NCBI RefSeq assembly: GCF_031769215.1
Contig: NW_026782173.1
Coordinates: forward strand, 2,294,001 to 2,358,000
DNA from: Ylistrum balloti
Lineage: Eukaryota
Reading direction: 5' to 3'
Length of the DNA stretch: 64,000 bases
A program made the position numbers and the translations under genes. Below, piece after piece: positions 11,737-23,974 of this stretch. Positions within the stretch are counted from its first letter, which is position 1; each line of letters opens with the position of its first letter. A model generated the notes under the pieces. That model saw nothing but the letters and a program-made list of their open reading frames with translations. It was not told where the DNA came from and did not search any database.

Positions 11737-14590
11737 AGGAGTCCCCGCATCAATATTTGTTTTGTTCATATTTGCAGTCGTTTGATCGAATTTGAATTTG
11801 AATCTTGATCATGTTGACATGTTACTATTTTCTTTATTCATTTTTTCCAACAGACAGACTTAAATAAGACATGTAAGAGTGTTTAGTGTTTCATAAGAAG
11901 AACTCAGTGTTATGCCTAGTTTTATAGAATATGAGTTTGAATTATGAATATGTTGCCTTGTTGGTATTTTCTTGTTGTGTTTTAAACCATTATGGATATA
12001 TACATTGACTGGTATTCTGAGCATTTTTTTTACCTTCTTTTTGCTAGTTCTTGATCTCACCTTTTAAATGTTTTTGACAGGAAAGTAGCATGGTTCATTT
12101 TGTTGGGTAAGAGATTGTTTCAATTGCCTCTATTTAGGAATCTGAGAAACCCTTACACCAGTAGAATTCAGTCTTTTTTCTGATAATGCCATCAGAATAC
12201 GTGTCACAGGAAATAATTCATTTTCACGTATTATTCTTATAGTTTTCCTGGTTAACGGACGTTCATTGTTATTTCGTGACAAACCTTTTCATCTTTCATT
12301 AAAATGTAATAGTATGATAATTGGATATTGAGAAAAATTATGTGAAAATGTTAAATTTTCATTTGCTTTATTGAAAGTACACCTGTGTAGCAACCGAGAA
12401 ATAGAAAGCTCGAAAAATGGCTCAAATTCTTTTTGACCATCTCAGTATTTAACTTTTTAAAGACATTATGCTTGGATAAAGAATTTTCAGAATTAAACAC
12501 GAGGAGATTTCTATGCTTCAAATTTTGAAATCCAAATAGCCAGTTTTACAAGATCAAGAATCAAGCTGAAATATTAGTTTTTCAGTCCTAAAATTCGAGG
12601 AAAGTGATCAACCAAGTCGAAATTTATGAATTTTGAAACTATGATTCGTTGTGATAATTCATGTAAAATTAAGTTGAAAAATACCCCTAGACTTCCGGTT
12701 TATACTCATGAGAAGTACTTCAGTAACGAATAAAACGTCGAAATTGTTGACGTTATTAACCGAATCACACCGTCTAAAATGTAGTCCACAACTGATTTTT
12801 GTTTTAAAAAAGTCATTTTTGCAGCTAATATGTAGAACGATAGATAACAACGTATGTAAACACACAAAAGTTCAAAACATTACGCTGAAATCCATTTGAT
12901 ATTGAATTCTGGTCACACATCAGAACAGTACATCCTTAAATCTTCTGTTAGCTGCATCCCGTTTGATTAGTGACACAAACCTGATGTCTGTTTGAAATAT
13001 CCTTTTTGTGAAAACGATTAACTTTGTTGATCACGGAATTTTCATTTTTCTCTGTCGCCTTCACGGTTACAATCCTAGACGAACGAACCAGTTTACTAAT
13101 ACTTTGATTCAAATTTACCTTATGTTAATTTTGTATTGGAGGTTGCAATTCTATTTTGTTTAATTATTGTACATTCCTTTTTAAATAGGGAATCAGAAAT
13201 GTTACCTTCGACGAATGGAAAATGTGAAAAATGAAAATACCAATATATTATCATAATCAAAGTCCAAACTCATATTCATTTAAATCTGACAAAATATGGT
13301 TTAAAGAAAGACTTACACGACGTCTCAAGAAAAAGTACAAGAAGGAGAATAAAACCACGTGTTCCAGAGGAGTGCGCGTCTTCTGCTTCATCTACCATGT
13401 AAATCTTAATCAACCCAAGTAAGTTATATCAAGTTCTCTAATGAGATGTAAGTTATTGTTTGGGGGATATGGTCATCTAGAAATGCGTTTCGTGCTTTTT
13501 GAAGGTTAAAAAACCGACACTTTTGATTCTTTTTTTATCAAAAAAATATAATGTTTTTATCGGAGATTGGTTTGGATTTGAAGTATATTTTATATAAATG
13601 AAGAAGACAAGAGACAATTTTGATCAGTTTATTTCACAGCACTTTAACAAATATGTCTTTATATACATGTATAAGTATGTACACATAAGGCAATTAGAAT
13701 CAGAATCAATATCAGATATCACCAACTCCACTATGACCTTTACAAATAGCAGAAATAATGGAAGCCATTCCTGTTTTCTTAAGTCCATTATGGGCATCTA
13801 TTCAAATTAATTGCTTCAAGTTAAAGTTGGGTATTGAGCTATTCTATTGCAAACACCTGTCGGTGAATTTTAAAACGCCATTTAGTATCAGCCTGTGAAC
13901 ATATTTGAATGCAGTTTAGCTAAATTTGTTGATACTGTGTAAACTATCCATTTTGTAAAGTACATATTTAACAGTTTTAAGTTCATATATACATATGTCA
14001 TTGTTAATTTTACATTTCATTAACATAAGAAAACGCCCAACCATCGTCATGCAACTGTTGAATAAAAATTAGAATAGATAGTCTCAGAATACTTAAATCT
14101 ATTACATATTGTAAATCTGATATACATCCACGATTAGTGAGGATTCCAACAGGCGTTTTTTTCTAAAATAAGAGATAAGTTAAAAGACATTCAAAGTAAC
14201 CCCACGCTTAAGGATTTTTTGTCTCTACCTGGAACCCTTTCCATTTATAAAGATAGGTGTTAAAACTTCTGAATAAAATGTTTCTAAGGCGATTTCCTTT
14301 TGAAGAAAACAAGTAGTCATCTGCGCTTTACTATGGCTAAAGATCAATATACCGATGATAGATAACGCTACACACAAAAAAGGGTGATATAAGTAGATAG
14401 GATATTCAAATGTATTCTAAAGGTTCAAGAAACCTGACGTCAAATATTTTATCCGCGATATAACAACGGTCGGTAGCAATGCTGGATGGAAATAATTTAA
14501 TATTGATATCTTTGTAACGTGCTAAAGTACACGGTAAACTTCTCTAGAACACATAACAGACACAAAGAGCTGCTTTGATAATTTCTTTAA

Positions 14591-14655
14591 ATAATGTGAC
14601 GTCATAATTGTGAAATGAAGTCATACTTGCTAATTACACAATGACGTCACATTAT
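14591..14655. repeat. 15-bp perfect inverted repeat (ATAATGTGACGTCAT ... ATGACGTCACATTAT)
   Basis: Arms at 14591-14605 and 14641-14655, each containing TGACGTCA. Lies ~65 bp before the 30-bp array. Confidence 0.75.
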
Positions 14656-14721
14656 GGAGGTATAGAACCCCGATTACTTCAAAAGTTGCAAATCAAATAA
14701 AAACAAATCATTTTACACTAG

Positions 14722-15124
14722 TTTTACCCTGACTGATCTACCTGTTGCTGATTTTATCCGGATTGATCTACCTGTTGCTAATTTTACCCGGACTGATCTA
14801 CACGTTGCTGATGATACCCGGACTGATCTACACGTTCTGATGATACCCGGATTGATCTACCTGTTGCTGATTTTACCTGGACTGATCTACATGTTGCTGA
14901 ATTTACCCGCATTGATTTACCTGTTGCTAATTTTACCTGGATTGATCTACACGTGGCTGATGATACCCGGATTGATTTACCTGTTGCTGATGATACCCGG
15001 ATTGATCTACTTGTTGCTGGTTTTACCCGGATCGATCTACATGTTGCTGATGTTACCCGGACTGATCTACCTGTTGGTGAATTTACCCGGACTGATCTAC
15101 CAGTTGCTGATTTTACCCGGATTA
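14722..15124. repeat. Minisatellite, 30-bp unit (TTTTACCCGGACTGATCTACCTGTTGCTGA), ~13 copies, degenerating to ~15270
   Basis: Direct tandem copies; produces the periodic LPGLIYLLLI ORF. Confidence 0.93.
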
Positions 15125-15623
15125 CGTTGACTTAGCTGGTTTGACCAATATTACCTTGACTTTGTTAAATTTCTACCCGGATTATCAAGACTTAATTTGT
15201 CTTATCCAGACTACCTCGACCTAGCCCGTATTGTCCGGACTACCTTTACTTGGCTGACTTTATCCAGATTAACTGAAAGGCCTTAACACCAGCTGTCTGA
15301 TGGCTCAATTCCAGTGATCAAGACTACCAGGATTTCTACAAGAAAAATAAACAAGTAGAATATCTCTCCTTATATCAAATTAATATGTAACCTCGTGTTC
15401 ATTTCACCTTGTGAACTTATGATACCAATGTCACTAACTATTAATACAGTCTTTGTGTTGTTTGTATTTGGAACCTCATAGATAATAGTAACATCGGTTA
15501 AGTATTGATTCCATCAATTTAAAAAGTGACAAGGTATTTGTCAGAAAGTGATGTGTTAAGATCACTATTAATCACTGTGTTCTGTCACTGTAACAGACTG
15601 ATACAACTTCCAGTGGGATTACT

Positions 15624-15871
15624 NNNNNNNNNNNNNNNNNNNNNNNNNNNNNNNNNNNNNNNNNNNNNNNNNNNNNNNNNNNNNNNNNNNNNNNNNNNNN
15701 NNNNNNNNNNNNNNNNNNNNNNNNNNNNNNNNNNNNNNNNNNNNNNNNNNNNNNNNNNNNNNNNNNNNNNNNNNNNNNNNNNNNNNNNNNNNNNNNNNNN
15801 NNNNNNNNNNNNNNNNNNNNNNNNNNNNNNNNNNNNNNNNNNNNNNNNNNNNNNNNNNNNNNNNNNNNNNN
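15624..15871. other. Assembly gap (run of N)
   Basis: About 248 consecutive N. Confidence 0.99.
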
Positions 15872-15889
15872 AACGCTGGTGATTATAAG

Positions 15890-16845
15890 AATCACAGACA
15901 GCTGTTGGTTACCATCGCATTTTTCTGTATTGTGCTGTCGTGTGCGGAAGCCATGTCGTACAATCGAGATCTGCACCATTACAGAATCAGTTTGATATAC
16001 TAAGACTCAACGTTAAAGTCTCTGAACGACTTTAACGCCATACATGGAAGGATGATGACGTCATGGTCTCTATATATAACTATAAGGATGAAAAGATAAC
16101 GTGACTTCCATCAGACTCTGATGACATGATGACTTTGAGGATGTGCTAAAATGCTGTGTGGCGCCGACAGTTTAAATTCTGAATGGTGCTGATGATATCT
16201 TTATCAAGATAACGAAAAATGAGCGTTCGTCTGTTTTGTATAAAAACACAGATATGGTTTCTTTTGTTGTAAATGGTATGATGACTATATATCATGAGAC
16301 CCGGATGTTACATTTTACCCTTATGACGTACATCAGTGTAACCTACAGTTTACAACACCAGAACACATCGATGAGATCAGTCTTAATTTTTGATATATCA
16401 ATAATATCTGAGGCTGAAATTAATTTGTTGTGGAAATTAATTGGTTATATTCACATGATTAACTGCTTTAGAGACAAGACTACAGTCATCGAAAAAGGTT
16501 TTTACAATAGAACGTCGTCCAACGTACTTGATATACACAAGTCTCCTTCCCGTTTTGCCTGCTAAATTTCATCAACTGGAAACTACAAGCATTTATTCTG
16601 CCGGCAAACTCTGGTGATAAGGCATCATTCGCCACCACTATACTACTAACATATCCTTGTATATGACTGTAATGTCTGATAGTATCCCGAACACCAGTGA
16701 TCCGGTTAATGTCGGATAGTATCCCGAACACCAGTGATCCGGTTAATGTCTGATAGAGTTTATATTGATATCGGTATTTGCATCCATAATCGTTATAGAA
16801 ACAGCATACAATATTGTTAGATTAACCAATCGCATGGGAGGATAA
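15890..16845 (+). pseudogene. psi-R1-like receptor pseudogene (stops, frameshifts, M3 and intracellular loop deleted)
   Basis: Fragments LLVTIAFFCIVLSCAEAMSY, STLKSLNDFNAIHGRMMT, NGADDIFIK, DPDVTFYPYDVHQCNLQFTTPE, ERRPTYLIY and SDSIPNTSDPV, a 37-bp tandem duplication (16678-16750), then directly M4 (FASIIVIETAYNIVRLTNRMGG*, stop 16843-16845). DNA of the extracellular part is closest to R1. Confidence 0.9.
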
Positions 16846-17313
16846 ATATTGATGTTGGTTACCTTAACTTTAACTAATGCACATATCTATAGATTACTAG
16901 CAAATGAATTCCAGTAACATCTGCAAACATAACAGATAATGTACTGAAAGTATGCATGTATTGTTAATCCGTTGGAACGTGTATTTTCACATCACAAGAT
17001 ATATCAGTGGACAAGGGAAAGTGAAATAGGCGAAGTTAATGGTAGGATCACCGGGGATATTCTTTAAAAAGATAGCGCGTTTTCACTAATGGAAGTCAAA
17101 CAATTCTTCATGTTTACATTGTTAAAGTGGTAATGGTACCTATGAATGTGTCTAGCTGATGGTTTCGTCACTCGATATTGATTACCAAAGTCGATATACA
17201 TCATGGCTATCAGCAGTGTGTGATGTCTGTTACAGTGTTGCGTCAGCAACTGTGAATACTTTATGTCCTGGAAAGAAAATTTGAAAGAAATATGATTTAC
17301 TTCATCCAAATGC

Positions 17314-19807
17314 TACCTGAGTGACTCAGGGACTACCAGTGTACTTTCATAGTGTTTCGGAACTGAACTACTGAGTACACGATACCTGAGTGACTCAGTT
17401 ACTAGCTGTGTACTGCCATAGTGTTCCGGAACTGAACCACCGCCGAGAACACGATACCTGAGTGACTCAGGGACTAACTGTGTACTGTCATAGTGTTCTG
17501 GAACTGAACCACTGAGAACGCGATACCTGAGTGACTCAGGGACTAACTGTGTACTGTCATAGTGTTCCGGAACTGAACCACCACTGAGAACGCGATACCT
17601 GAGTGACTCAGGGACTAACTGTGTACTGTCATAGTGTTCTGGAACTGAACCACTGAGAACGCGATACCTGAGTGACTCAGTTACTAGCTGTGTACTGCCA
17701 TAGTGTTCCGGAACTGAACCACCGCCGAGAACACGATACCTGAGTGACTCAGGGACTAACTGTGTACTGTCATAGTGTTCTGGAACTGAACCACTGAGAA
17801 CGCGATACCTGAGTGACTCAGGGACTAACTGTGTACTGTCATAGTGTTCTGGAACTGAACCACTGAGAACGCGATACCTGAGTGACTCAGGGACTAACTG
17901 TGTACTGTCATAGTGTTCCGGAACTGAACCACCACTGAGAACACGATACCTGAGTGACTCAGGGACTAACAGTGTACTGCCATAGTGTTTCGGAACTGAA
18001 CCACCACTGAGAACACGATAACCGAATGACTCAGGGTCTAACAGTGTACTTTCATAGTGTTTCGGAACTGAACTACTGAGTACACGATACCTGAGTGACT
18101 CAGTTACTAGCTGTGTACTGCCATAGTGTTCCGGAACTGAACCACCACTGAGAACACGATACCTGAGTGACTCAGTTACTAGCTGTGTACTGCCGTAGTG
18201 TTCCGGAACTGAACCACCACTGAGAACACGATACCTGAGTGACTCAGGGACTAGCAGTGTACTGCCATAGTGTTCCGGAACTGAACCACCGCCGAGAACA
18301 CGATACCTGAGTGACTCAGGGACTAACTGTGTACTGTCATAGTGTTCTGGAACTGAACCACTGAGAACGCGATACCTGAGTGACTCAGGGACTAACTGTG
18401 TACTGTCATAGTGTTCCGGAACTGAACCACCACTGAGAACACGATACCTGAGTGACTCAGGGACTAACAGTGTACTGCCATAGTGTTTCGGAACTGAACC
18501 ACCACTGAGAACACGATAACCGAATGACTCAGGGTCTAACAGTGTACTTTCATAGTGTTTCGGAACTGAACCACCACTGAGAACACGATAACCGAGTGAC
18601 TCAGGGACTAACTGTGTACTGTCATAGTGTTCCGGAACTGAACCACCACTGAGAACACGATACCTGAGTGACTCAGGGACTAACTGTGTACTGTCATAGT
18701 GTTCTGGAACTGTACTACTGAGAACACGATACCTGAGTGGCTCAGGGACTAACTGTGTACTGTCATAGTGTTCCGGTACTGTACTACTGAGAACACGATA
18801 CCTGAGTGACTCAGGGACTAACTGTGTACTGTCATAGTGTTCTGGAACTGAACCACCACTGAGAACACGATACCTGAGTGACTCAGGGACTAACTGTGTA
18901 CTGTCATAGTGTTCTGGAACTGTACTACTGAGAACACGATACCTGAGTGACTCAGGGACTAACTGTGTACTGTCATAGTGTTCCGGAACTGAACCACCAC
19001 TGAGAACACGATACCTGAGTGACTCAGGGACTAACTGTGTACTGTCATAGTGTTTCGGAACTGAACCACCACTGAGAACACGATACCTGAGTGACTCAGG
19101 GACTAACTGTGTAGTGTCATAGTGTTTCGGAACTGAACCACCACTGAGAACACGATACCTGAGTGACTCAGGGACTAACTGTGTACTGTCATAGTGTTTC
19201 GGAACTGAACCACCACTGAGAACACGATACCTGAGTGACTCAGGGACTAACTGTGTACTGTCATAGTGTTCTGGAACTGAACCACCACTGAGAACACGAT
19301 ACCTGAGTGACTCAGGGACTAACTGTGTACTGTCATAGTGTTTCGGAACTGAACCACCACTGAGAACACGATACCTGAGTGACTCAGGGACTAACTGTGT
19401 ACTGTCATAGTGTTCCGGAACTGAACCACCACTGAGAACACGATACCTGAGTGACTCAGGGACTAACTGTGTAGTGTCATAGTGTTTTGGAACTGAACCA
19501 CCACTGAGAACACGATAACCGAATGACTCAGGGTCTAACAGTGTACTTTCATAGTGTTTCGGAACTGAACCACCACTGAGAACACGATAACCGAGTGACT
19601 CAGGGACTAACTGTGTACTGCCATAGTGTTCCGGAACTGAACCACCACTGAGAACACGATACCTGAGTGACTCAGGGTCTAACAGTGTACTTTCATAGTG
19701 TTTCGGAACTGAACCACCACTGAGAACACGATAACCGAGTGACTCAGGGACTAACTGTGTACTGTCATAGTGTTCTGGAACTGTACTACTGAGAACACGA
19801 TACCTGA
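17314..19807. repeat. Tandem array, 69-72-bp unit, ~35 copies, each with the palindrome CCTGAGTGACTCAGG
   Basis: Unit TACCTGAGTGACTCAGGGACTAACTGTGTACTGTCATAGTGTTCCGGAACTGAACCACCACTGAGAACACGA. The array ends 17 bp before the R3 ATG. Confidence 0.97.
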
Positions 19808-19824
19808 AGTATCCGAATCATATA

Positions 19825-21009
19825 ATGGACTCCTTAAACATGGAGGTTTACACCCGGATAATCATGCTTTCTATCCTCACTGTGAGTACCCATGCTGGAT
19901 CGTATGACGAAATGATAAGACTGCAAACAAATCTACTCGCGAACTATTCTAAATATATACGTCCTATACAAAATCAGGATGACGCGATGAATGTTTCCGT
20001 TATTTACTCGTTGACATATTTCCATGACTTTGACGCAGTGGCAGGTAAAATAACGGTGCTTGCATCTTTATATCTCCAGTGGAAGGATGAAAAGTTGTAC
20101 TGGAATCCAACCAATTATGGCAATATACAAAATGCATATTTTAATAATTCACAAGTGTGGACTCCTGTTGTTGCTTTAGCTAGTGGTATCGACAACTTAT
20201 TCATTCCAGTAACATCATCTATCACTGTTCAGCATTATGGATATGCTTCAGCTGTTGCTGCTGACGTCATAACATCAGTTTGTACACCTGATATCACCTA
20301 CTACCCATACGACACTCACAACTGCACAATAATGTTTGTTTCTATGGAAATTTATACTTTGATTCGTTTTCAGTCTGGAGTTATAGATATTGAATATCCT
20401 GATAATTTATTCTGGAAGATAACCAGAAAGGGATTTCGGGATTATATTAACAACAACTATACCTCTGGTATAGAAATAACTTACACTTTAGAGCGACGGC
20501 CGACATATGTGGTATATACAATCGTGCTTCCAGTGTCCATGCTGAATTTTGCTATTCTTCTTGTTTTTGTTCTGCCAGCAGATTCCGGGGAAAGAGTGTC
20601 GTTCGCTACTACCATGCTTTTAACCTTGACAATGTATATGACCATAATGTCGGACAGTATCCCTAACACCAGTGACCCAGTGTCCATTTTCACGGTTTCA
20701 CTGATGGTAAAACTCATTATCAGCGCCTTAATAGTGTTGTCAGTAATTATAACTCTGTGTGTGTATAAGGCCAATGAGAACAAAGCGATACCGCTGTGGT
20801 TGTTGTACTGCTGTAAACTAAGACGACCACGGGTAGATGTTGCGGATGAACAGACAGAGGAGAAAGACGACGTTAAATCTTACACGAAGGTGACTGTCGC
20901 CAACTGGCATTCTATAGGGAAGCGTTTGGATTTCATCTTCTTTGTATTGTTTGGCTTAACGATGGTTACGGAGACTTTAGTAAATATCCTAAGAATTACA
21001 TATCACTGA
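19825..21009 (+). CDS. R3: nAChR-like Cys-loop channel subunit (non-alpha), single coding exon
   Basis: Signal peptide ...VSTHA|GSY, WTP loop A, Cys-loop CTPDITYYPYDTHNC, PADSGERVSFATTMLLT M2, very short M3-M4 loop. Confidence 0.94.
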   Translation: MDSLNMEVYTRIIMLSILTVSTHAGSYDEMIRLQTNLLANYSKYIRPIQNQDDAMNVSVIYSLTYFHDFDAVAGKITVLASLYLQWKDEKLYWNPTNYGNIQNAYFNNSQVWTPVVALASGIDNLFIPVTSSITVQHYGYASAVAADVITSVCTPDITYYPYDTHNCTIMFVSMEIYTLIRFQSGVIDIEYPDNLFWKITRKGFRDYINNNYTSGIEITYTLERRPTYVVYTIVLPVSMLNFAILLVFVLPADSGERVSFATTMLLTLTMYMTIMSDSIPNTSDPVSIFTVSLMVKLIISALIVLSVIITLCVYKANENKAIPLWLLYCCKLRRPRVDVADEQTEEKDDVKSYTKVTVANWHSIGKRLDFIFFVLFGLTMVTETLVNILRITYH

Positions 21010-22451
21010 TCACTGTATATTTACATTATTATATAATGATAATTCTTTGATTGATTCATACATAAAATAGTACATATGTCAACTATAGTAAGGAATTGTA
21101 ACTTAGTGGTACTTATCTTTATAATTATACAAAATCATGTTTATTTCACATTGTTTAGTTTTTTGTTAGCTGACTTTCGTGAGGGAAAAAGAAAATATGA
21201 GTTCTCGCCATTCAGTACTGTTTGCTTCCATCCGGACGAACAACATACAGAGGGGGGGAAGGGTTCTTCATGTATGTATGGTATGAATTACATTTACATA
21301 TAAACGTGCTAGCGTGTTAGCTATACTTTTCGTTGTTATATATGTCTATAGGTATATAGAATTTCAATATTCAGATATTCACTTATTCAAGGGCAGACAT
21401 TGTTTACGTGTTTTTCGATAAAGCCCAATTAAGTTGTTTTTTTTTACTACTAAACAACTATTGATAACACATTTGCACATTGACTTGCGAAATAAAAAGA
21501 CTGGCGTATTGAGGATTAAATCATTGTTACCCTAAACTTCCTATCTTTTCAATGATTTTATTTTATTCATTTATCTATTTCATTTTTGTTACATTTGTTA
21601 AATTCTTTTTAGATATTATCTATGATAGAACACATACTGAAGCTATTTTTTCAAGTTAATAATGGTGCTATCGAGATATTCACAATCGGTCCAGCTTGAT
21701 AACGTTAAACGATTGTTTTGAAAGCGAGGCCGTTAATATTGTAAACACGAACACCTGACAGTGGGAAGAGATGATAGCGACAGTAGTGACACAGTCAAAA
21801 AAACAGAGTAAATATTTCAGGAATCATTTTCAAGATTATAATTTGAGTTCCTAAGTTTCATGCCCTACTTTGCATCTAGAAGGTTCTTTTTTAATCTGAT
21901 GTTTATTCTTCAAATTAATTCTGTTAATGATCCAATGTGTTAATCTAAAATATGTGATATATGAAATACAGTATGTAAATAGCCTTTAAAGCCAGCGAAG
22001 TAGCCAAGTTACTTCTTACAAAGCAAATTATGTTTTTGTTCATTCATTTTCTGTTTGCAAGTCGAATTTGAAAAACCTATTTTAAAAAAAAACAAATGCA
22101 AACAAAATCGTCATCTAAATTGAAAACCAATGAAAACGAGAGCACAATATGAATGAAGAAAATGATAAAGAAACGAGACTTCTTTAATTGTAAAATATCT
22201 TGTATTGGATATGCATAGTCGTATAAAAATAAGCGGAATATTAGGGCACCTTATCTAATCCCCCAACACCTGTTAAAAATCTGTCATTCGTGACAAAAAA
22301 CTTATAAACATCCGGTGCGCCTAAATCACAAATGTACTGTGACCGTACGAATGCATGCGTTCTTTTCCGTTCAAACTACTGTTGATATTCTGACTATCAC
22401 CTAGACACATGATCGCCAGTATATTTGCAATCAATAATTGTTTAAACAAAT

Positions 22452-22900
22452 ATGCTAGGGCAACCCCTTATTAATAGAGGACGGGCTCTCGCAATCTTCA
22501 TGGGAGATTGAACTAAACAGCAGGTTGCTTCTGACTTTGGAGTTCACAAACCCACTATAAGTCGGTTAGTTTTTCATCTCAACGTCTCTTACGTCCATGT
22601 GTGACGTCGCGACGTCAAGATCGGTTCAAGTTAGGCTTGCCTACTTGCGTGACAGGAGATTAACGACTGCCGAAACTGCACGGAACACCATTATTAATGG
22701 AAACCGTCGAATACAACACAAACATTTAATGAATAGGTTGCGGGAAGTAATTTTACGCCTCAGTACGTCGGTTTGCTACTGATACTTCAACGTCGAGCAT
22801 GTCGTATGCGATGATTGACGGCACGTGTGCCCAGACGTTTTCCTATGAGACGTTGGCGGTCCATGTTCTTCATCGATCAATCTCGATCCACGTAATTTCG
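22452..22900 (+). mobile_element. Decayed Tc1/mariner transposase fragment
   Basis: RGRALAI...QQVASDFGVHKPTISRL (paired-type HTH), RLAYLRDRRLTTAETAR...NRLRE, and RWRSMFFIDQSR (resembling W..VLFSDESRF), broken by stops and frameshifts. Confidence 0.75.
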
Positions 22901-23632
22901 ATCAGATAGCAGTCAACGTGTGTACCGATGTTGAGGAGAGCGTCTTGTAGAGTCTTGCGTTTCGTAATTAAAAACGATATATCTGTTCAAGGAGGATACT
23001 ATATTAGCGATTGGATTGACAACTGTCGTTTATCATCTTTGTGTATTTTAGGGAACGCAGTTCATGGTGCCCTAACGAAGTCCTCATTTGTTAATAAAAT
23101 CTCAGAAAAATTGAAAACTGATAAGCAAATATTCGAAATCAACTTTTGTATTCTCACATTTAGGCCTAATGCTCTTAGATATTATTTTATAAAACCTTAC
23201 AATCGAAGTTTCTTTTCCTTTTACTCTGTATATATCATGTTTTTATTTCCTTATCCAGGGTTAAAAGCAAGTTATAAAAAAATAATGAAACATATATATA
23301 CATCTTACACTTTGTATGTCTCTTACTGTGAATGTTTTAGGTTACAACGTCATGTAACCTATACATCAGATAGGCGTGGTGTTTGACTAAAAATCCAAAA
23401 TGAATATAATGCTATCTTTATGTTTCAATACCGTCTATCTGAATATACATTTCAATAATGATTTTTATGAACTATGATAAGCAACCTGACTAAGCCTACA
23501 AATGTAGTATTTACAACGTAGGACACATCCTTGATCTAGTGTGCAGCAAAAGTAACTATCGATTAAAATCGGTAGTCTAAATGGTTTTCAGACAATAATA
23601 ATGGCACACCGTCTTAATCAAACTTCGGCCCT

Positions 23633-23680
23633 TGACATCACTGACGAGTCCGACAAGGACCGAACAGCTGTATAATGCCA
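23633..23680 (+). ncRNA. Degenerate type I hammerhead ribozyme relic
   Basis: CTGACGA core (23641-23647), stem II GTCC/GGAC, then CGAA in place of GAAA, palindromic stem III CAGCTG, TA cleavage position, and imperfect stem I TGACATCA/TAATGCCA. Confidence 0.6.
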
Positions 23681-23974
23681 TTTAAGTAATTACCCTGTAT
23701 TTGGATCTACAGTATACCCCCACCCCAACTTCCCCTAACTCTGACACGTTCAGGATGCTGAATGGCCCAGCTTGAAAGGATTCCTGAAATCCATACGTCG
23801 ATAGAGCTTGATATTTACATTGTTTACCAATACTAGGTTTCTACCAATGAGATATAGATTATTGATAAGATAGCCATTATACACATATAGAGACCTGCGA
23901 GTTATGAGAAAGAACAGATTTGCTTAAGACATCATACGTACACATTACACAGAGGTTTACAGAACGTGCTAAGT

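Noticed and set aside
11202-11808. Three overlapping hydrophobic ORFs of 129-189 aa
   Set aside because: They are translations of the 37-bp minisatellite in different frames.
14840-15135. Leucine-rich repeat-like ORF (LPGLIYLLLI)n
   Set aside because: By-product of a 30-bp tandem unit whose length is divisible by 3; no non-repetitive coding context.
17314-19807. CRISPR-like array (palindromic repeats at regular spacing)
   Set aside because: The intervening sequences are repeated rather than unique spacers, there are no cas genes, and the context is eukaryotic.
22928-23386. 152-aa ORF between R3 and R4
   Set aside because: No recognisable motifs, AT-rich low-complexity composition, adjacent to the Tc1 relic.
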